DNA of 64,000 nt from Neoechinorhynchus agilis (Eukaryota > Animalia > Acanthocephala). Position 1 is the stretch's first letter; each line of letters begins with the position of its first letter. Positions 33,195 to 46,167 of the stretch are shown piece after piece. Under the pieces are notes generated by a model, which made no database searches, was not told the DNA's origin, and was given only the letters and a program-made list of their open reading frames with translations. The translations under genes were made by a program, and so were the position numbers. The DNA is taken from NCBI GenBank assembly GCA_051530055.1, contig CM121341.1:16222784-16286783 (forward strand), in the 5' to 3' direction.

Positions 33195-35215
33195 TACTAA
33201 GAAATACGTTTCTGAATTTATCTATAGAATAAAATGGGATCAAAAGTTTGTATCGGTTAATGGTTGTGAAGAAATACTACAAAGTAGAATAAGTTGCGGT
33301 ATTTACCAAGTTTATGAGACGAACATGAGAATAGTGCCTTTCATTGTAAGTCGACTTTTAATTGTTCAATGAAGAAAGAAATGAAAAATTTACTCCGACT
33401 CTCACTCACGCTGCAAATCTCCCCAAGTCCTATAAAACGTATACTTTCCTCTCCATGTGTGTTTTAGTCTTTGCTTGACGTATAGTCAATTTGGAACAAA
33501 TAACGCAAAAGTCGTTTCTGATTGGCTGAAAACTCATCATCATGGTGAGCAAGTTTCACGCTTTAATAGATCAAAACAATTATATTTTTGGGATTGGCCC
33601 AGCCAGGTTCCGAATTTTAAAAATATCCGAAGTATGACCTTGCGATCAGAATGAAACTTTCTAAAGACAGGAAAGTAATTATAACGCACAAGCTAAAAAA
33701 GAGATTAAATTCGAGTTCTTCATTCCTTTCAAACCGTAATGTTTCCAATCCTAAGAAATAGATTATTCAACGGCACGGTCCTACTTTAATAATCCGCATT
33801 TGCCGTTTCATCGGATTCGTCAAATGACCCGTTTAAAGGAAGTACTATAGATAGCACTTCTCAAGTGAAATAATCGACTGTGTGAATACAACTAATCGAT
33901 TAGATTGAAACATCGTTACTTGCAGCAATCCAGATTCTATAGGATTTTAAGAAGCATCAATCAACAACCGTTTTTGGACTATATTGAAAGTTTTTGCCGT
34001 GGAATTAAAAGAAACAGTGGGAAGACTGGGAACACGTGAAGGGACGAAAAATTGTATTTAGTAGTAGATTCTTTGCAACCTCACCAAGCGAAAAAAATGT
34101 TATGGATTTTAAAATGCATTCCCTCTACTGACACCCAGAGTATGATAATCACCAAGGAAGCGACATAAATTGAAGTATCCAAAAAACATTAAAGGTGATA
34201 TTGTTTCCGCAAGCAAAAAATCGAAACATCATCCAGCTTTATAGACAATGTAGCAGTGAGTGGGCGATTTGGAGGTCATGGATTAAGGGCCATAGGGAAA
34301 TAAAACCTTTAAAAGAGTTGGTCGACGAATCACAAGAAAACCATCTTAATTTCATTATGTAACTTCTACCTATGAGTTCCACTTGGAAACGTTTTCATTT
34401 ATTGCATATTTCATACAAAATACCATTGTTTATTTAGATGAAAACAATCACTTTGGGCTTCCCTTTTGTATGGAGAAAGTGCAATTCGCAATAGACGCGA
34501 TGACAGGCAAGATGCCGGGAGAAAAGAAAATCGGGATCCAGGAGATTCGCTGTGACAAGAGGACTAACTTAAGAGCATTCCTTCCAAGTTGTGGAGATGC
34601 GTCCGCTACATTTAGAATGCCAATTGTGTGGTCGTTTCAGCACTTTTGGGTATTAGTGTTACGCAAAATCTAATGTTTTAGTCTTCTGAAACACGAGGTA
34701 AAGATCCGGTGGGGTTTTTACGGCGCTGTAGGAATTCGTTTATGGTTATCGAAAATTTTATGGAGATAAAACATCGAAGATATTAACTCATGGTCCCTCT
34801 ATATGACTTTTCAATCCCTGAAATTCATCAATTTCGATTTGTAAATCCTAGATAGATTATGAGCAGTATCCTACACCTCTGTACATATTATCTGTTTATT
34901 GGAAGTCGTTACACAAAATCTAAAAGGTCTCAAATAGCTCAGCTAAGAGTTATTTCAGCGTTCGAGTTTTCTAAGACGGTATTTACACTGATCACAAAAC
35001 GATAAAAGTCTAGCATAAAATCCCGGGAAGCCATGATGAACTTTCGCGTATCGATTAAAAAAATGCACCAGTTTTAAAATCGTCCACTAATTCGTTTCAA
35101 ACTGCGTGGCAATTTATTTAAAACTATAAGACAAAATGTCCATATTGAAAGCACTCGTCTTTCCAATTGTTTTCCTCATACCCGTTTTCACACTCCATTT
35201 TCCATAATCAATTTC

Positions 35216-36346
35216 CTATACACATCCACACGATCTTGCAGAGATTGGATATGACAAACTGAGAATTCCATGAGTGTTTTTGTAATGGTGCAGTCGAATT
35301 GAGCGCATTGCCAATGGAGTGCAACACGCCTCGACAGTGTTAAATCTCATAATTTTTTTCCGATAGCAGCGTCCGGCACAAAACGAATATTGCAAATGGT
35401 CGTGCTTGTATCCTTTTAGTTCTTCGCCATGTGCCTTTAAAACCTTATTTAAAGGAGCCAAAGGTATACTGGCTGTCATAAGACAACAGTCCGTATGAGG
35501 CTCGCATTTGACTACTTTTAAAAACTCCTCTGATTCCCTCGGAGTTCGTCGTGAACGTCGGTGAGAATTGGATTCAACTGGTCGTTTGTATCTCAATTCA
35601 ATGAATACGTCATGGTTTTGCAAGCATCGAGCATAGGACGAAGGTGCAAGTGGTTTGGTCAACCGTTCGAAAAGCTGATCTACTTTTTCCGCAGTTCGAT
35701 GGCGGACCCTTAGTTTTAAATACTCGTTAGCAGGATCAGAGGTTGATCTAGTAGGAAAGTTCCGATCGACAAGAACGTAATGTCGAGAGGCGTTAGACAG
35801 TGTATGCTCAAGGGATCTTTGCCGGCATCCAAATGAGCTATAACCACTTTTCCGTTTGACCCAGACAACAAGACCGGAAACGGGGAACGTTTTGTTGACT
35901 AACTCGCTTCTCTCAACCACATGAAGACTACCGTCGTGACCGAAATGACCGCTCAAAATCAGGACGTGATCCTTCATTCGTTCTCTATGGGAATAGCTCC
36001 TGCTCTCAGAGAGTCGCTCATGCACATTCAGAGGAGATACTCCCGTAAATGGATCAGTTAGATCGCCGTATTCTGCAGTTGCGTCGGCGAATGAATCCCG
36101 TTCATTGCCGAGATATTCGTCATCCGAATCATATACATCGTCTTCTTCACTGTTCGTCCATTCAGCGACAGATGCATTGCTATACCAGTTAAGGAGTGGC
36201 AGTTGTGCTTCTGTCCTGCGGATTTGCTCAACGAGCTTCCCACTCAGTGCATCAAGCATAGCGTCTCTATCAATTCTATTTTTTGGAATGACTGTACCAA
36301 TGAGTATTAAGCACAATGCAATCCCGGATACGTTCCCTAATAGCAT
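35216..36346 (-). CDS. Divergent TGF-beta superfamily ligand precursor, intronless
   Basis: Signal peptide; furin-like RRSRR; mature domain with C, CC, CAGRC, CC and terminal CGC (9 Cys). Confidence 0.8.
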   Translation of the reverse strand: MLLGNVSGIALCLILIGTVIPKNRIDRDAMLDALSGKLVEQIRRTEAQLPLLNWYSNASVAEWTNSEEDDVYDSDDEYLGNERDSFADATAEYGDLTDPFTGVSPLNVHERLSESRSYSHRERMKDHVLILSGHFGHDGSLHVVERSELVNKTFPVSGLVVWVKRKSGYSSFGCRQRSLEHTLSNASRHYVLVDRNFPTRSTSDPANEYLKLRVRHRTAEKVDQLFERLTKPLAPSSYARCLQNHDVFIELRYKRPVESNSHRRSRRTPRESEEFLKVVKCEPHTDCCLMTASIPLAPLNKVLKAHGEELKGYKHDHLQYSFCAGRCYRKKIMRFNTVEACCTPLAMRSIRLHHYKNTHGILSLSYPISARSCGCV

Positions 36347-36781
36347 TCTTCACCGCTGGTCTCTAAACACAGGAGAAGTGAGAATGAAGATGGTCGAAGG
36401 AAATGATCCAATGCAGTGGCCAGTGCCTTTTTATACTCGAAGAAGACGGTTAATACGATTCTATTCCGTGTGACATATACTGGGAAGAGGCGGACGTGAG
36501 GGTAGGCAGGTAATTTCTCTCAAATGCCACACATACAATGTGTTGACCAGCAGAAGCTGCCTAAGGGAGGTCCGACAAGCATAGAAGACGCTTGTATAAA
36601 CGAGACTGACGATCAAAATCGCCTCAAATGACCACCGTCAACACTGCCGCCGACTTGGTTCATTCAGTGAATGTTCGAACAAGATAGCGGAAAACACAGG
36701 CCGCTCGCTTTATATCAAGGGGCGGGAAGGTTAATCCGACTTATGAATACTTGAAGAAAATAAGGAGTATTCCTTCTGCCA

Positions 36782-36870
36782 AACATAAGTCTGGCTGGGC
36801 AAGAACGCTGTATCCGTCCTTCCGACCATTACACCAGGACGGCAGCTGAGTGATCCAGTGGCGTGGATGT
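36782..36870 (+). mobile_element. CRE-clade 3' tail remnant
   Basis: Near-identical to the 3' end of the 7520-8260 copy (TCCGTC...TTACACCAGGA.GGCAGCTGAGTGATCCAG). Confidence 0.7.
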
Positions 36871-39800
36871 TTGTAAATACTTTTTGTTGAAAAATAAAAA
36901 TTTCTTAGCTTGTTAAACGTGACCATCTAACCATTTAAGGTTTTACATACATGTCGTAATAATTCGAATCAGTTTTTATCGGCTTTATGCTTAAATTTTA
37001 GTTTGACCGTTTATTTTGTACCAATCAACGCTTAGAGATAAACATTCAAAATCCTTTCAGTGTGTATTATTTTGGTCGAATCATTTTTTGAGTTTGAAGT
37101 TTCAGAATAAGAATTGATTATTGCGTCGATCAATGGCACAAATCCTCGCAATGTACGTTATCTTAAAATTAATCTTGTGTATAGATGATATCACACGTCT
37201 TGGATGATTTTCATAGCTTAAACTTTTTCTTTGTAATTAGAAAGTTACATTATTAAATAACCTTCAGAATCTCGGAGATACCTCGACCACAAAGGTAAAA
37301 ATTATTCTTGACGAATCTTGAGAACAGATTACCTTTTCTTCTATTCATCTGAAAGCATAGGTAGGAATCTAAGACATTGAGATTAAATATTTCGTACTTC
37401 CGAATGATGTATCATTTCGTTTAGGAGATTACTTGAAAGACGATCAGTTATTCTGTCGTCCGTACCGATGATCCCGACCGCAAAAGTTACAAAGCGAATA
37501 CGGGAAATCTATTACGTTTAAGCTCATTTACACGGTAAGGACGGAATAGGTGAATGCAGTGTTTCTGCTATGGCACTCACAGCGATGAGCATTTTTGCTT
37601 AAGGACATTTACGGGCTCCTTATAACACTCACATATCAGTAGATGTATACGTGACATATCTTCCTCTCTCCCATATCCAAAACGGATTCCCTCTCCGATA
37701 AATTCTACGAACCTGTTAATGCGTGATGGAAGTCCACCAGATTTGTGTAACATTCGACGATTCGTCCCTGAAAGTTTATATAGACTAGGCCAATTTGAGA
37801 AGAATGTTCCGGAAATGATACTTGGTGTTTGCGGTTAAATGAGTGGGTGTCGCCTGGCGCGATCACAGAACGTGAGTAGAATATCATTAAAGGAAATTGT
37901 AAATTTCTTGCTTTACTGAAGTGCATGCGTGGGTGGAGGTGGAGGAGTGATGGTAAATGTGGGTTTAATCGAGGTTTTTTAGACTTGGGTTCAATCAAAC
38001 TCACCCCAATGTACACCACAATACAAACAGACAATCCTTTCTCTTTTGTGAAACAGCACAACACAGCCCAGACTGCTGCAGTTCCTCTTCACACTGACAA
38101 CCTTCATCTGTCAGGCAGTGTTCATCAGTTGAAAGTGATAGTGGTTGTGGTTATGGCTACCTCTGCATCTGAAGAAAAGAATAGCACTTTCTATTGTGGA
38201 AAGAGAGATGTGCAGAGCGACGGATGAGCGAGATGCATAATTGAACGGTTGCACTCTTGATTTGCTAGCGGCCGGAAAGTTCAACGTGCTGTTTAATGAG
38301 CAGAAACATGCGACGTAGCTAATGATGACTTATTCAAGGTGTAAACTTCATTTTGTTTTTCCAACCTAACTCCAAACAATATTTTGTATGTTGGAAAATA
38401 ATCAGTGCCTCATTCGTTAATCCATCTTAAAGAGACATGGACACATAAGATTTCTATCGGGTAACTTTTGCTTCTTTAATGAGCTTAATACAGCCATAAG
38501 ATTTTTATAGATATAATAAACAGAATCTCGATTTCATCATCAGACCATTAGCTTCGCAGATTAATTCTATTTTTTACGCACAAGACTTTGCATGGGTGGA
38601 TAGCATAAGGTATTTCGAAAACAAAATAATTTTACTATTTAAGAGTAGATGAGCTTAACGCTTGGACAAATTATTTCCCAAGTGCCTTGCCATCGGTTAT
38701 ATTCTTGATTTTGCAAGCTGCGGTTTCTCTAGACCATTTTGGCCCTCAGCGGCAAAATTGTTCAAAGCGACTTGTCCTGGATTTTTATTTAGGCATCCGA
38801 ATTAGTGATAGATTTATCGCAGGGTTTTATGATCGCACAACAAAGATCGACTTAATCGCTTTTCGAATGCAAATCGTAGGATAAACGAAGGAATACTTTC
38901 ACCGACAATCTCAATAATACTTTTAAAATATTAATTGGCATATCCTTCCATGTCCGAAATTCCCTCAATTACTGATGAAATTGATAAATACCCTTTCTGA
39001 GTTAAAATGCTAATGGATTGCATTGATAAGACAACGAATTTTATTCAAATATTTAATATCGCTTTCATGAATCCACGGCAATGGATGGTACAGTACCCAT
39101 ACTTCTATTAACAATGAATAGGATTTTGGATATGTAGTTCTGGTGATCATAGTCCCGGATAAAACGTATTTTATTGATTTGAAATATTTCGCGAAGAAGC
39201 TTCGCCTCCTCAGTCATTGTTTCGAAAGTTCCACAACTACAACTCAATCATCTCGAAGGATTTTCCCTTGGTAATTTTGGATAAGTTTTTGACTGTTATT
39301 ATCAATACTTTTACGACGTATGTTCTAGTTTTGGACCAAAGATTAACCGAAGTAATCCAATGGGTTAAAATAAGGAAATCACTTACTTTTGTTGGTATAT
39401 TACACGACGAGAATTGTCGAAGAAGCGTTATTTATCACCCAGTAAAGAATATTTATATTAAGGACGTTAGAAACTCGTCGAGTTCATCATCATCAATTTG
39501 TTTCGCAAGTTTTCTACTATTAAAACTCGTCGGCACTCAGAGACGGAAGAAGATTAGAATTATTTTTCAGAAGATTTGGTGACAATCAAGGATAAGAATG
39601 CACTCATACATTTAAACTGCGATTTGGACTTGTTAATGTCATTATTTTTGAAGTTTGTGCCTTATCGCTCCTGACCGGCGGCATCTAGGGAAAGAATTTG
39701 TTGCCCGATTCGCCTTGGCTGAACTGTGAACCAAGAATATTTAGCACCTGAAGTCGTGGTTTTGCCTCTTATGTTCATATGACGATACTTAAACGCAAAA

Positions 39801-41791
39801 TAATATCGTCCACGAAACAAATATCCGTTATGATAATGCAGTAAAGAATATCCAACGAATGTTGATTATTTTCATCGGTGGGAACTTAGATGAGGTATAA
39901 ATTCTTAGCTGAACCACTCTTTTTTATTAAAAGTAATATCCGTATTGTAAGAAGATTGAATTATTCATGTTTTTATATGGCGGAAAAGTTGAAGAAATTC
40001 AAATGCTTACTTTCTGAGCGATTAACGTTTTAGTTTAAGTTCGTTAGGTGATGCACTTTGAATGGTTTTCTTTAAATTTATGCATTAGGTTTTGATAAAA
40101 TATTTTTGAAACACAGCGATGATTGTTTTTTGGCTTAACCAGTAAATGTTTATTATTTGATTTTTTAAACTCCAATATAAGGTCGTTTTAGATGATTTTT
40201 TCGTCGCATCCTTGCGCTCCATTTATACCCGGCGGATCCTTTTAGTGGACGCTCAAATCAATTTTTAAGCGGTGGCATCGTTTTCTTTCGAAAAACAGAG
40301 TGATCTCCGATCTAATTAAAAAAATTAAATGGCGGTACCCGATATCGGAAATTTTGCATGCTAGGTTTTAGCAAAAATTAAATACAGTCTGTAAAAATAA
40401 CGGTAACTTTTTTATCCATTTTTGTCCAATAAAACTAAAATATTGAATTTTTTTATTACGTCAATGAAATGCACGTGTGATACTAATTTCCTTTTTGGTG
40501 ATGTAATCTTCAAATCTTCATTTAATTTCATTTGATCTACCTTAAATTTGCGAGCGAATGATGAACTTTGAATAACTTGTAAATCACCAAGAAGTGGTAT
40601 CGGGACGTTTAAATACTCGGAATATATGCTGTATTTCGGCTTTCGTCCTCGCTGGTATATCGATTTTTGATATTTGACGTCTTACACATTGTACAGATTG
40701 CTTCTGTAAGTCAATTCTATGACTATACTCAATACTTTTAGACGGGTCCTACACACAATGAAAAAGAAATTCCTTCTTCCGAAAAATACAAACTGAATTT
40801 GTTCAAGCGGCCTAAAAAAATTCCGTTGCACTTTTCTATGTTCAATTTGTTCCAAAGAGGTAACGGATTTGGTGTAATCTTATAACTCACCACACTCATC
40901 GCTGAATTTAACAAGAAACTTAATAACTTACTACATAAACAAATTAGGTCTTTGTTTGAATATATAAATTTGCTCAACTCATATTTCGTAAATGCAGATC
41001 CAATGATAGACGCCAAGCAAGCTAATTATATCATACAGCCGTTTATCATGTTTTACAGCTAGCGCTTTCGTTACGACGCTCGTTTTTGACAATTATTTTA
41101 ATTAAAACTCGCACTAAAATTACAGGGGTACATTGTCGTATCAAGGAGCAACTGCATATAATTCAATAATGTGTGGCTGGTTTTTTAGGGAATAACAATA
41201 ATACTGGTAATATTCCAGTTAAATAAAAGTCATTATTTTTATGATCATTGAATATGTTGCTTTTACAGTTTAATCTTAAATGCAAAACTAAAATAATTGC
41301 ATGCTTTTTGAAACACCGCGATTTTACCAGTACAGTGGAATTTACGGTGAACCCGAGAATTATTTTTTGGCATTAGATCGAAAAGTTTTCTATGGCTAGT
41401 TTTTTGTAACATTAACATATGCTTGTTGATATTTTTTTTATTGATTTTTGTGTCTTTAAGATGGCGTTATAGAACGGCTCAGTTTCCGCTTCAATTAAGT
41501 TCTCCAACTGTCAAATACAACTTGGTATGCTAGCAGTATCTAAGTTTCTAAACGATTCTAACGTAGGATTCTTAAAAGAAATTTCAAGGAATAGCCAACC
41601 ATACCAACACCGGGTTACGACAAGTGAAAGCTTTTTCTGAACTACTTAATTTGGAAATCACTCTGAAACTATGTGTTGTCACATTTGATCTGGTGTGTAG
41701 ATCCATTTGTAGGCAGACACGTTCTCTGTTTCTAAAATGAAGACATAGATCAACTCTTTCAAAGTCCTTTTTCAAATTTAAGATTTTTTAA

Positions 41792-42199
41792 ATGACGGAT
41801 GCAAATACCACTCAATCCGAACTGCAATATCCTGCTTCATCAAAGACATTGCGGTTGGCATTTCTTGCTTTCATGAGCAGTCTTTCTCTTTTTCCTGCAA
41901 TGTTTATCGCTTATTCAAAAACAAACGCTGATGCAGACGACGAGCCGGATGCGTACGGATATGAGCATCTCCCGCGTGGATATCGTTTCGAAGATGCCAA
42001 AACATCTCGTCTGTATATCGAGGGAAATCAGTTGGCAGTAAAAGCACTTAAACGGGCAACCCTGTACACTACTACCGGTTTTGGATTATTTTGCTTTTTT
42101 TCGTGGGTAATGCTGGGTACTCCTATCGACAAACGGGAACTTCGCTTACGAATCGGACAATATTTACCTAAGATTACACCAAATGAAAAAAATGATTGA
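41792..42199 (+). CDS. TMEM242: TMEM242-like membrane protein
   Basis: EGNQLAVKALKRATLYTTTGFG...W..LG...LR..I..YLP.I matches the TMEM242 C-terminal pattern; two hydrophobic segments. Confidence 0.72.
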   Translation: MTDANTTQSELQYPASSKTLRLAFLAFMSSLSLFPAMFIAYSKTNADADDEPDAYGYEHLPRGYRFEDAKTSRLYIEGNQLAVKALKRATLYTTTGFGLFCFFSWVMLGTPIDKRELRLRIGQYLPKITPNEKND

Positions 42200-42239
42200 T
42201 TTTATCGTTGTAAATGATGCCATTTTTAAGTTATTGTAG

Positions 42240-44151
42240 ATGTTGCCATCTGATGAAAGGGCAGTTTCAATTCAAATGACAAATGAACCATACCTGACAA
42301 CTCTAAACTCTCAATCAACATCACGTGAGGGGTTCTTGAGTTTCATAGGTTTTACGTCTGGCTTGCAGGTGGACCGTGGCCGATATCCTTCTTCACATCA
42401 AAATACAAAAATGAGAAATTCGATAAAAACGAAAATTCATCAAAGAAGATAAGGTATATGCTTTCTTTTCGTGATTGATTAGTTATATAATTTCAGAAAG
42501 TTTTATCGAAGACAGGATGAACTTATTGAGGCGTTTGAGGATCTGTACAATACGATTGATGCTGATAACCATCTCGCTGCTAGTTTGCTGACAAAGGCAG
42601 TAGATAAATCGCAGCGAAAGGCAATTATCTACTCAAAGATAACCCTACTTCTTAATTTTATTCTCCTAATTGTGAAAATCGTTGCATCTGTTCGTTCTGG
42701 ATCAATGACAGTGATCGGATCACTTATAGATAGTAGTGTTGATTTGGCATCAGGAATTGTCATGTGGTCAGTTCTTCGACTTATAAGGAAACGAGATCCT
42801 TTTCAATATCCACAAGGTTAAATATTTTGTTTTATCAATGAAATGACTTTCAATCGAAGGGCGGACAAGATTGGAACCCGTCGGTATTGTTGTCCTATGT
42901 TCCATAATGGCAGTCGCATCAATCGAATTGATAATTCGATCAATCGATCGTATTGCGCAGTATATTCGTGGAACTGGGACAGATATTGTTATGGACATGT
43001 TCACCATTATTCTTATGGCGTTTACAATAGGTAAGTTTGCGGGGCGATTTTTAAAGGAATCTTGTACCGTGTATGATATTTCGTTGGAAAACTTTCGCCT
43101 TAATATAACAGTTTCTAACACACGAGAATTTAATCTGTTCAGTATATGAAATATAAATGTTCATAAAACCTAAAAATGGATTTTGTAGATAGTAAAATCT
43201 AGTGCCTCTACCTCGATTCTTAGCCTGAAAAGAAAATCGAATTTTGATTAAAAATTCGATAATATTTTGGAATGGACCTTCGATTTTAACTAAATGGGAT
43301 GTCTTGTATATTATCCTAATTCGCTTGCTCATCTTTAACTCCATCTCAATAGCTTGGTAATATGTTTGCTCTCTGATAAGATCTACATCTTGAAATTTTA
43401 AGGATGTTTCATACGAATGCTTGATATACCCGTAAATCTCGTGGACTTTATTTGGTGAAAGCAAATAAGCACAAATTAGTGACGATATTTGGGTTCCTTT
43501 TTACAGTATAATAAGTGCTCTTACTTTATTTTATCTGCACCCAAAAATTATGTGCATTTAATTTCAAGTGCAATTGACTCTATCTTAAGCTTCCAAACTG
43601 ATATTGGTGATATTTGGTAGAAAAAGCACCAGTCCGGCCACCAAAGCCGTCGTCTTGGACAACAGGAACGACGTGTTTTCGAATTCGGCCGCGCTCACAT
43701 TCGGCCTTATTGGCGCCTATGCGTGGAAGTTCATAGATCCGATCGGAGCCATACTTGCTGCTGTTTATATATTTTATACATGGGCAAAGCGTGGGTTGGG
43801 TAAGTGTGTTTATTACAATCGTCTATTCTAATTGTATGCATGCTAGAAACGACAAAGTCGCTGGTCGGTAGGACAGCTGACCCATACTTTCTGCAGAAAA
43901 TTTCGTTTATATGTCTATATCACAGTTCAGATATAAAATATTTGGAGACTGTCCGAGCATTCCACATTGGAACTAACTACCTCGTAGAAGTTGACATTGT
44001 TTTAGAAGAATCAATGGAACTGAAGACAGCCCACGATATTGGGGAATCTTTACAACAAAAGTTGGAACTGCTGCCGGACACTGAAAGGGCGTTTGTACAC
44101 TTAGATTATAATTTTGTCCATAATCCTTCTACCGAGCATAAATTTGTATGA
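42240..44151 (+). CDS. Cation diffusion facilitator, Mn-CDF/MTP-like, multi-exon
   Basis: FYRRQDELIEAF, SLIDSSVDLASG, DPFQYPQG/RTRLEPVGIVV, DNRNDV, IDPIGAI, VRAFHIG..YLVEVDIVL..M.L..AHDIGESLQ.KLE...ERAFVHLDY. Confidence 0.92.
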
Positions 44152-44303
44152 TGTGTGAGGATACCGGGCATTCTTCACAAGCGCTCAACGATTTTATAAA
44201 AATTACAAATAAAATTATTTCAGTTTCATATTTGTCAAATAAACGACTAATTCCAAATTCATTGAGTAATTTGATCATATTTGATACATGCCCTAGAGAC
44301 AGC

Positions 44304-44705
44304 GTGCGGGAAGCTCAGTTTGGTTCTCCGGATAACTACAAGATTATCTGGTCTCAGAGGAGAGGTTACGCTCGTCTTGCCATCGAGGCAGACTGCCCAC
44401 TCTTGATTCTTTTTACGTCCAACTGCAGAGAAGTGGCACGGAGTCCATGTGGATTGCGAACAAGTAGGCTATTGCGGTGGATTTACGAAAAGACTCGTCT
44501 TCCTGTTATTCCACTTTTCGGTCTATTTCCAGTTAAACTGATCAGCCACATATTGGATCCGATTTATCCAAAAGAATACGACCACGATGAGCTGAAGCTG
44601 GACGCTGCAGTACGGACCAAGTTGAGATGGATGGTTTCTCGGCATCAAAAGCGAATTCCGGGATCGATTCTTGGTTCAATAATCGATCGAATGTACTTCT
44701 ATTGA
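44304..44705 (+). pseudogene. Duplicated 3' half of the TMEM68-like gene
   Basis: Copy of 32304-32705; lacks the N-terminal half including the HxxxxD-region motif. Confidence 0.85.
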
Positions 44706-45696
44706 TGTGCGCCGATGAGTGATTTGTTTTTTTATGTAATAGAGAGCTTTGTGCTGCAAAGTCCTACAACGAGAGGTTCCTGATTTATTTGATAATTTTA
44801 GATGGGAAAAGCATGCAAGCTTATGGTATGCGGCTTAAAGCAGTAGGAAAAAGTTATATGCTCAATGTTCTGTCTTATGGAACGATACCAACAACGGTTG
44901 GTTTATTTTTTCCAAGCGGAATTTCTGCTAAAACGCATAAAGCCATATTTTCCCACATTGGAGCACACTTACGTAACTCTGTTGGACAAGGAATCGGGCC
45001 TTGAAGCTCGACTTTGTTACACCCATGGACTTGTGAGTGTGCCAGTGAGTAAATTTGAAACCAACGAAAGGATTGTCTGATTTCAGTCAGGATCTAACGC
45101 TGAACTCTCTACTGATTTTTTGCATATGAATGTCTGTGACGCGATCCCTGTACTTTTGCATGCGATGTACGTTAGTCTTTTCGAGACTGACCAGGCGCGT
45201 AAATTCTTGTAAAGGGAATCGTCTTAGTCTATCGAGCTGGTAACATGGAATCTCTTCATCAAATTCAAAATTTTACCCTTTACGTTGAATGTCTATTGCG
45301 CACCAAGAATGCAAAGAAGGAAGTGGTTTTTGCTCATTTATCCCAGGATACATTTTTCAGTATTTGATTTTTAGGCGGTGCGGTACATGGTGTTGGGTAT
45401 TCAATGGGACGAAGAAGACGATTGTCACGATACGAGGGATCTTGCACAGGCTTGGAAGGCAAGTGAAGAAAATATTCGTGAGTTTATGTGTACCAAAATG
45501 ATTAATCCCACCAATTTGCGATTGCAGTGCTTTGGAAAGAAATTTTGTTAAACGACACGGAAAGTCTTCGGGAATCATTCGCGATCTTTGCCAAAGAGAT
45601 TTGTGTACCCCAAAGTCGGTGCTTTTATCTTCGAACACTAATCTTTACCTTTGAATATAAAGGTCGAAGTGGATTTGCGATTAGGCCGAGAAAACG
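44304..45696. repeat. Inverted segmental duplication 2, right arm
   Basis: Reverse complement of 31326-32705. Confidence 0.95.
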
Positions 45697-45700
45697 TTAA
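44802..45700 (+). pseudogene. Frameshifted NKIRAS duplicate
   Basis: GCTTAAAGCAG (about 44836) versus GCTTAAAAGCAG in the 32209 copy: a 1-bp deletion before the P-loop. Confidence 0.8.
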
Positions 45701-45814
45701 ATATTGCAATAAACTGATGACAATTTCCTTTACCACTCCAAAAGGTTGCAGCTATCTAATGCTTTCACACTTGAATCTGTATAAAGAACCGGGTCTTCCT
45801 TGTACACAGAAATT

Positions 45815-45876
45815 TTTCCGCACAAAATAATTGCCTAACACGCAAAAGGTCCCCAGTTTTTCGAGCCCGAACGGAA
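45815..45876 (+). pseudogene. Degenerate tRNA-Val(AAC) remnant
   Basis: TGCCTAACACGCAAAAGGTCCCCAGTT..CGAGCCC..CGGAA retained; D-arm lost. Confidence 0.75.
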
Positions 45877-46094
45877 GGCGCTCATCACAATACGTTAGTG
45901 TATAACGCAAAGGCAACATTTGTGATCGAACGCCGCCTTCCATATCAGTGATTTGCTGGATCTTTCCAATCGACGCATTCCACTTTCAATCCGCCGCTGT
46001 TTTGAACGTTGCATTTCGTCGACATCTTTCGATGACAGTTGATTTGGACTTCTATTTAAATAACATTTACTTAATGAAGCTCACCTATAATTGA

Positions 46095-46167
46095 GTTTCC
46101 GTGGTGTAGTGGTTATCACGTCTGCCTAACACGCAGAAGGTCCCCAGTTCGAGCCTGGGCGGAAACA
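46095..46167 (+). tRNA. tRNA-Val (anticodon AAC)
   Basis: 73 nt; identical to 28673-28745. Confidence 0.96.

Noticed and set aside
37700-41050. Scattered short ORFs, possibly a spliced minus-strand gene
   Set aside because: No recognisable domain or defensible exon chain.
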